Assembly: GCA_963665095.1 (NCBI GenBank)
Contig: OY762069.1
Coordinates: forward strand, 1,376,001 to 1,440,000
Source: an uncultured Desulfobacter sp.
GTDB lineage: Bacteria; Desulfobacterota; Desulfobacteria; Desulfobacterales; Desulfobacteraceae
Direction of reading: 5' to 3'
Length of the DNA stretch: 64,000 nt
Positions 57,851-64,000 of the stretch are shown piece by piece. A model generated the notes under the pieces. That model ran no database searches, was not told the DNA's origin, and saw only the letters and a list, made by a program, of their open reading frames with translations. The position numbers and the translations under genes were made by a program. Positions within the stretch are counted from its first letter, which is position 1. The number at the start of each line of letters is the position of its first letter.

Positions 57851-59641
57851 TTATCCTAAGCTCTGAGATTCCCTGATGCGGGTCACATGCAGGTTGTAAT
57901 AGGATATGATATCACGACGATAAAGCATACCTATAAACTCCCCGGGATCATCTTCGTTTACCACGGGAAGCGCGTCAATGTTCTTTTTGGTTAGTTTGAG
58001 CAGTACAGTATTCAGATCCTCAGACAGGGTGGTGGTGATCATGGTTGAAACCATGATATCTTTCATCACCACCAGTTCTTCCAGTTCACTTGTAAAAAGG
58101 ACTTCACGGACATCAGTGGAAGAAAATATTCCGGAAAATCGGCCCTGGTTATTCATAACCGGGAAATAACGCTGTTTTGTTGTCTGAAAAATTTTTTTAA
58201 ATTCGCTGAATTTCATATCCTGGTTCAGGCATCTGACATCCTTGATCAGATATCGTAGCTTATCTACTTTTATAGTCTGAAGGATATCAATCATGAACTC
58301 ACCGGCATGCAACGGAGAATCTACCCTGGATTTAACCTGATTCTCATAAATAGACCAGCGACCGGCCAGAAGATAGCACACCGAACAGACCAGAAGGCTT
58401 GGCAGCAGCAGATGGTAGGAGTTGGTCATTTCGCTGACAAAAATAATGGTGGATATGGGGGTGTTGGATACCGCCGTAAAAAATCCGGCCATACCAACAA
58501 TGGCAAAAGCACCCGGTTGGGCCACAACAGAAGGCATTAAAATATGAAAAATCTGCCCCACAGCCCCACCCATGGCGCCGCCAATCACAACGGAAGGGCC
58601 GAACACGCCTCCTGATCCACCAGACCCAATTGAAAAAGAGGTGGTGAATATTTTACCTATGGCTAGCGTTATAAGAATCGGGATGGTCAACTGGTTGTTT
58701 ATGGCATCCTGGGCCATGCCGTACCCAAATGCCAGTGTGTAGGGCATAAAGAATCCGATGATTCCGGTTAAAAGACCGCCGATGGCAGGTTTGATATGAT
58801 TGGGAATCTTAATTTTTTTAAATATATTGGTTACGCCGTAAAAGACCTTAACATACAGGATACCTGTGAGTACAAGAACCCCGGCAAGAACAAGATATGG
58901 CCCTAGCTGAAGGGGGTTATGAAACCGAAAAGCCGGAGAATCAAACAAAGATCCCCAACCAAAAATCAGGCAGAAGGTGCAGTAGGCCACAACTGAGGAG
59001 ATGCCGGCCGGGATAATAACCGAGGATTCAAATTCAGGATCCCGATATAACACCTCTGCAGCAAAAAGGGCCCCGGCCAATGGTGCCCTGAAAATACTGC
59101 CGACACCTGCACCAATGCCGGCGGCCATCATGATGCAGCGTTCCCGTTCAGACAGGTTGAATTTCGTGGCCAGAAAAGACCCGAAACCACCGCCGATTTG
59201 GGCAATGGGCCCTTCCCTTCCTCCGGATCCTCCCGTGGTAAGAGTTATAGTGGAGGCAATAGTTTTAATGATGGGAATACGGGACCGGATAATACCGCCC
59301 TTATGGTGAAAGGCGTCTATGGCTGCGTCGGTACCGTGGCCTTCAGCCTCCGGGGCAAACGTGTAGACGATCCACCCGGAAACAAGTCCGCCTGCGGCAG
59401 GCAGGAACAATAATATCCATTTATTAAACGGTGTATCTGTGTGGGGTAACAGCAGATGCTCACCGGCCGGCCCCTCAGGACGGTATCCTGCGATCAGATC
59501 AAGAAAATAGTGCATGCCAAGGCCGCACAGGTAGTGAAACAGTGCGGCCCCAAGCCCTGCCATGATACCGATAAGAACAAAATAAAACACCCATTTGCCG
59601 GCATATTTCAAGTCCACGTCATTTTTTCGGCTGAAAGTCAT
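57851..59641 (-). CDS. Second ClC-family anion channel/transporter with CBS pair
   Basis: GHGTD, GREGP, GGVFGP, CBS domains. Confidence 0.92.
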   Translation of the reverse strand: MTFSRKNDVDLKYAGKWVFYFVLIGIMAGLGAALFHYLCGLGMHYFLDLIAGYRPEGPAGEHLLLPHTDTPFNKWILLFLPAAGGLVSGWIVYTFAPEAEGHGTDAAIDAFHHKGGIIRSRIPIIKTIASTITLTTGGSGGREGPIAQIGGGFGSFLATKFNLSERERCIMMAAGIGAGVGSIFRAPLAGALFAAEVLYRDPEFESSVIIPAGISSVVAYCTFCLIFGWGSLFDSPAFRFHNPLQLGPYLVLAGVLVLTGILYVKVFYGVTNIFKKIKIPNHIKPAIGGLLTGIIGFFMPYTLAFGYGMAQDAINNQLTIPILITLAIGKIFTTSFSIGSGGSGGVFGPSVVIGGAMGGAVGQIFHILMPSVVAQPGAFAIVGMAGFFTAVSNTPISTIIFVSEMTNSYHLLLPSLLVCSVCYLLAGRWSIYENQVKSRVDSPLHAGEFMIDILQTIKVDKLRYLIKDVRCLNQDMKFSEFKKIFQTTKQRYFPVMNNQGRFSGIFSSTDVREVLFTSELEELVVMKDIMVSTMITTTLSEDLNTVLLKLTKKNIDALPVVNEDDPGEFIGMLYRRDIISYYNLHVTRIRESQSLG

Positions 59642-59826
59642 ATCTCAAGTCCTGAATTAGTGTCCGTCCAGAAATAGTGTATACCGGCCGGGATTATCCT
59701 GCCTGATCTGATATGGTTTGATCTGGCCGGGCAGGATATTTATGTCGGAGGTTAGGTCTTCAGCAAGAGCATCTCAATGCATCCATCAAATTTAAGGCAT
59801 ATCGTTAAAAGCAGAATATTGCCACC

Positions 59827-61143
59827 TTATTTTTTTAAATCCTGAATACCGGACAAGATGATATCAAATAATGGGGCCACATCTTTAAGTTCCAGACAGG
59901 AAAAAGCAATCCGCAAATTTTTGTCCCCGATGGAAATCAAACCGGTCCCGTAATTATCAAGCAGGTGGCATCTAAGCGTTTCTGCATTGACATGTTTAAG
60001 ACGTATGCACATGAAATAACCGGAGTTAAAGGGATAAACATCAAATTCCTGAGCATATTTTGGATCTTTCAGTACCTCTTTAATGGCTGCGGCCCGGTCC
60101 CTGAGCAGGGCAAATTTTTCCTGCTTCAGACGGTCGTAATTAGCATCATCCATAGATCTGAGCAGAATGGTCTGACTCAGATGAGAGCAGTTGGATATGG
60201 TGCCCCTGATGCATCCGCCCGTCTTTTTCTCCAGGGCTTCATATACCTCATCAAGATTGGCATCCGCTGCAATGCCATAGGTGATAAAACCGGTCCTGAA
60301 GCCCCAGACATAGTCCTCCTTGGTGGCCCCGTCAAGTTTTACCGCCAGCAGCCGGGGGTCTTTGCCGGCAATTTTGGCAAACAGGGATTCCTTGGCGGTT
60401 TCCTCATCAAAGAAAAGGCCGAAATATGCGTCATCGCAGGCTGCCACTACATTGGTGCCCTTTGACGCCACATCAATGAGAATGGCTGCCACCCGATCGG
60501 ACTCTTCCTGGCTCAGGGTATATCCGGTGGGGTTATGGGGAAAATTAAGAATAGTTACAATTTTATCGTGTTTGGCTGCCTGCTCCCTGATCACCCGTTC
60601 AAAATCTTCCAGATTAAACCGGGTAAGCGCACCATCATACGACTTGTATTGAGCAATCTGCGCCTGGTTTCGGACACAGAAAATCATATTGTAGTTTCCC
60701 CAGATCATGTCTGGCAGAACAATGACATCGTTGGCATTGACCCACATATCGGACAATACACTGACACCGTGGGTAATACCACAGGTCACCACCGGCAGGC
60801 TGACATCTGTGCCTGTCAGAGAGGGATTTTTACTGTACATCTCCGTATGCCATTTTTTGCGCAGTTCAAGCAGGCCGTAAGACGGCGCATAGGGAAGATA
60901 GTTGTCTGGTTCTATACCGGTGATGTATTTAGTGACAGAAGACAGGCTTAAAACGGAAGGCCCTTCTTTAGCGATGCCTATGGTGGCGTTAATCCTGTCG
61001 GCCTTGACCTTGGCTTCAGCGCTCTGGCTTAAAATGCCTTTGGGAAAAAACAGGGCTTTTCCCATGTCTGACAGCATCTCATAAACATGGGGCGCAGCTT
61101 GTCTAATGATTGAATTCAATTCCTGGGCAATGGGGTTCATCAA
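59827..61143 (-). CDS. PLP-dependent aminotransferase class I/II
   Basis: NATIG, NFPHNPTG, DDAY, GATKED..WGFRTG. Confidence 0.9.
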   Translation of the reverse strand: MMNPIAQELNSIIRQAAPHVYEMLSDMGKALFFPKGILSQSAEAKVKADRINATIGIAKEGPSVLSLSSVTKYITGIEPDNYLPYAPSYGLLELRKKWHTEMYSKNPSLTGTDVSLPVVTCGITHGVSVLSDMWVNANDVIVLPDMIWGNYNMIFCVRNQAQIAQYKSYDGALTRFNLEDFERVIREQAAKHDKIVTILNFPHNPTGYTLSQEESDRVAAILIDVASKGTNVVAACDDAYFGLFFDEETAKESLFAKIAGKDPRLLAVKLDGATKEDYVWGFRTGFITYGIAADANLDEVYEALEKKTGGCIRGTISNCSHLSQTILLRSMDDANYDRLKQEKFALLRDRAAAIKEVLKDPKYAQEFDVYPFNSGYFMCIRLKHVNAETLRCHLLDNYGTGLISIGDKNLRIAFSCLELKDVAPLFDIILSGIQDLKK

Positions 61144-61279
61144 TGTTACCTCTCAATGAAAACAGATTCCAAAGGGTAAAAACATCTCTAATCTAAAAAA
61201 AAGAAAACTCTGCGCCAGCCCCCGGATAGATCCAAGGAAAACCACAGAGTTTTTATTTTTACAGACAGGATCTGCTGGT

Positions 61280-61552
61280 TTATCTTCTTTTGGATGCCTT
61301 GATGGGGTTAAGTTTCTGTTTTTTGGTTTCGGTAGCGGTCTTGACGTGGGTGGCAAGGTTACAGGTACCGCTTTTCCATTTCAAGGACGGATCAGGTGCG
61401 GCCGTGCAGAAAACGCCGGATGCAAATTCGCCTGTTCTCTGGCATCCCTTGCACTCATCAATAATGGGAAAGCAGTTGCCCTCGTTATAGCTGCAACCTT
61501 TTGCAGTCATGAACACACACTCCTGACCTTCTCTAATGGTAGTACAAATCAT
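61280..61552 (-). CDS. PxxKW-family cysteine-rich small protein
   Basis: 8 Cys, PDPSLKW, basic tail KLNPIKASKRR; family recalled from deltaproteobacteria. Confidence 0.75.
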   Translation of the reverse strand: MICTTIREGQECVFMTAKGCSYNEGNCFPIIDECKGCQRTGEFASGVFCTAAPDPSLKWKSGTCNLATHVKTATETKKQKLNPIKASKRR

Positions 61553-61831
61553 AATAATCTTCCTGTCTCTTTGTTTTATGGTACATATCAAAATTCATAT
61601 GCTTACGGAAACGCTGTCGACCCTGACTGTTCCCAAAGCCAGTTGACTTATCAGTAATTTCATCCCAAAGGGGAAATTAACCGTAAGCAACTATCATAAA
61701 TTTCCTACATTTGTCAAATAATTATTTATGCGTCTAATTTTTCCCACTACTTGTAGGCGGCTCTTTTCTGATGTATAACATGAATACATCAATATCTTAA
61801 CCTGAAATAATTTCAAAGCAAAGAAAACTAA

Positions 61832-62815
61832 ATGATCATAGACGACGCTGTTCAAGTTCTGAAGATGGAGGCCCAGTCTCTACTTGATCTTATTGATAAA
61901 ATAGACGACGGATTTCAAACCCTGGTGAATGACATCTGCGCTTCAAGCGGACGGGTGATTATTTCCGGAATTGGAAAATCAGGCCTTATTGGAAGGAAAA
62001 TTGCCGCCACACTAAGCAGTACAGGCACCAATGCCATGTTTCTGCATCCGGTTGAAGCGGTTCATGGAGACCTTGGCATGGTCAGCCGTAAAGATGTTTT
62101 TATCGCCATCTCCAACTCTGGAGAGACCGGGGAGCTCAATCAGCTTCTGCCGGTAATTCGTGAGGTGGGATGCCGAATTGCCGGGTTTACAGGAAAACCT
62201 GCCTCCACCATGGCTGGATTCTGCGATGTGGTTATTGATACCGGAGTTGAAAAGGAAGCCTGTCCTTTAAATATGGCGCCTACCTGTTCTACAACAGCCC
62301 AGCTTGCCATGGGTGATGCCCTCGCAGTGGCCCTGATAAAAAAGAAAAATTTTAAAAAAAATGATTTTATACGATCCCATCCCGGCGGGGCTTTGGGACA
62401 ACGTCTCTCCTGCAGAGTAGAGGAGCTGATGCTGGAAAAATCACTTGTCCCGGTTGTGACAGCCGGTGCCACCATGAGACAGGCCCTTGAATGCATGGAT
62501 CACTACCGTTTAGGGGCGGTTATGGTGATGGGGACGCAGGATAGACTTATAGGCATACTGACTGACGGAGACGTTCGGCACTGGCTGGCCAAGGGAGGTA
62601 CGGCAGCGGAATCAGTCCTGGTTGACGAGGTAATGACCAGTTCCCCGAGATATTTATTCCCCCACTCGTTTTTATATGACGCATTGAACCTCATGGAAAA
62701 GCACGAGATTACAGTATTGCCCATATTAGGGGAAAATGAACGCCTGGAAGGCCTTTTACATCTCCATGATATCCTGGGCAAGGGAACATTTAAATATAAT
62801 GGAGGCAGTCAATGA
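61832..62815 (+). CDS. kdsD: Arabinose-5-phosphate isomerase (KpsF/GutQ, SIS + CBS)
   Basis: GIGKSG, HGDLG, SNSGET, APTCST, HPGGALG. Confidence 0.93.
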   Translation: MIIDDAVQVLKMEAQSLLDLIDKIDDGFQTLVNDICASSGRVIISGIGKSGLIGRKIAATLSSTGTNAMFLHPVEAVHGDLGMVSRKDVFIAISNSGETGELNQLLPVIREVGCRIAGFTGKPASTMAGFCDVVIDTGVEKEACPLNMAPTCSTTAQLAMGDALAVALIKKKNFKKNDFIRSHPGGALGQRLSCRVEELMLEKSLVPVVTAGATMRQALECMDHYRLGAVMVMGTQDRLIGILTDGDVRHWLAKGGTAAESVLVDEVMTSSPRYLFPHSFLYDALNLMEKHEITVLPILGENERLEGLLHLHDILGKGTFKYNGGSQ

Positions 62816-64000
62816 ACGACACCCAAATTAACACCACCATTCCTGTCTTAGGCCCAGCTAAAATCCCATCTCCGCTTACTTCCCAGGGGGTGACCAGCCA
62901 TGGTAAAACCCGGTTCATGAAAGATGAATACAGAATTACCGTAGATGTCAGAACTGACCGGCTGATCGGGGTTGAAGCAGACAGCATTCTAAGCTTTGAA
63001 CAGGCAGGACCCCGTGAGAATATATATTTTGACCCCAGCAAGCTTAAATGTGCAGTGGCCACCTGTGGCGGTTTGTGTCCGGGACTCAATGATATCATCC
63101 GTTCCATTGTTCTTGAACTCTACTATGTCTACAAAGTGAAAAATATTTATGGCATCCGTCATGGTCTCCAGGGATTTATCCCTGAATTCGGACATGAGCT
63201 GATTGAACTGACACCCCAAACCGTCTCAGGCATCCAGAATACCGGTGGTTCCGTCCTGGGTTCCTCCCGGGGGGGACAGGATATTAATGAGATTGTCGAC
63301 TGCCTGGAGCGACTGGGCGTCGGCATCCTCTTCATGGTGGGAGGAGACGGCACGCTCATGGCGTCCAAGAAAATCGCCGATGAAATCCTGAATCGGGGGT
63401 TGAAAATTTCTGTGATCGGTATTCCCAAAACCATTGATAATGATATCTTCCTGGTGTCCCGCTCTTTTGGATTTGACTCAGCTGTGGACGTGGCTACCCA
63501 GGCCATTCAGGGGGCACACAATGAGGCGGAAGCATACCCCAACGGCATTGGTCTAATCAAACTGATGGGCCGGCATTCAGGATTCCTGGCTGCCACTGCG
63601 GCCCTTGCCCAGCCGGATGCCAATTTTGTCCTGATCCCGGAAGAAGAGATAGATCTGCATGGTGAAAACGGTTTTCTGGCAGCCCTGGAACGACGACTTG
63701 CATCAAGAAAGCACGCTGTGGTCATTGTGGCCGAAGGCGCAGGCCAAAACTTTTTTGATGGCAAAGATACAGAATATGACGCCTCGGGTAACGTGGTGCT
63801 CAAAGATATCGGGCTGTTTTTGAAAGGGGAAATTTCTGCATATTTTAAACAAAAGAATATCTCCATTTCTCTGAAGTACATTGATCCGTCATATATTATT
63901 CGCAGCCTGCCAGCCAATGCCAATGATTCAGTTTTCTGCGGACTTCTGGCAAGGGATGCCGTGCATGCGGGCATGGCTGGAAAAACAAATCTTCTGATCA
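62812..64000 (+). CDS. pfkA: 6-phosphofructokinase, probably ATP-dependent (3' end outside window; absent from ORF track)
   Basis: Manual translation from ATG 62812: TCGGLCPGLN, GSSRG, GGDG, PKTIDND, MGRHSG; GGAGG RBS. Confidence 0.9.
   Translation, partial: MNDTQINTTIPVLGPAKIPSPLTSQGVTSHGKTRFMKDEYRITVDVRTDRLIGVEADSILSFEQAGPRENIYFDPSKLKCAVATCGGLCPGLNDIIRSIVLELYYVYKVKNIYGIRHGLQGFIPEFGHELIELTPQTVSGIQNTGGSVLGSSRGGQDINEIVDCLERLGVGILFMVGGDGTLMASKKIADEILNRGLKISVIGIPKTIDNDIFLVSRSFGFDSAVDVATQAIQGAHNEAEAYPNGIGLIKLMGRHSGFLAATAALAQPDANFVLIPEEEIDLHGENGFLAALERRLASRKHAVVIVAEGAGQNFFDGKDTEYDASGNVVLKDIGLFLKGEISAYFKQKNISISLKYIDPSYIIRSLPANANDSVFCGLLARDAVHAGMAGKTNLLI

Noticed and set aside
59642..59826. Fluoride riboswitch upstream of the second ClC (minus-strand GATGG...GCTGAAGACC resemblance)
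   Set aside because: P1 stem and pseudoknot complementarity are missing, and the ClC lacks ClC-F signature motifs; only a generic hairpin (TATCCTGCC/GGCAGGATA) is present
1..64000. CRISPR arrays, tRNA/rRNA genes, transposases, prophage or defence genes, selenocysteine readthrough
   Set aside because: No spaced direct repeats, cloverleaf signatures, such protein motifs or in-frame TGA splits were seen by eye; short elements could have been missed

Overview
64 kb of a deltaproteobacterial chromosome; gene content and style suggest a sulfate-reducing Desulfobacteraceae member (inference). Most of it is housekeeping: recJ (partial), rlmD, cinA, trpEGDCF, pheA-aroE-aroA-aroK, lysS-lolCD-bamA-skp-lpxD-lpxA-lpxI-lpxB, pilC-pilS, a tRNA nucleotidyltransferase, trpS, argJ, truA, kdsD and pfk (partial). 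No rRNA, tRNA, CRISPR array, prophage or transposase was recognised. Less ordinary signals: (1) two leader-peptide attenuators too short for the ORF track, a Trp leader before trpE and a Phe/Tyr leader before pheA-aroE-aroA-aroK; (2) a TetR-led cluster joining a SulP transporter with a large insertion to a phosphorelay with no DNA-binding output (cytidylate-kinase-like/BON/REC fusion, sensor kinase, ChpT-like pseudokinase, two lone receivers); (3) an HTH-EIIA/ClC/USP cluster and a second ClC, both ClCs with His at the filter serine position; (4) a 156-bp MITE-like fold-back with TTA flanks and strand-biased G-U pairs; (5) a sigma54 activator with a Cys-rich PAS domain divergent from a DUF4242-like gene; (6) a candidate structured leader before a PxxKW-family gene. 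All calls come from reading motifs by eye; no searches or folding programs were run.
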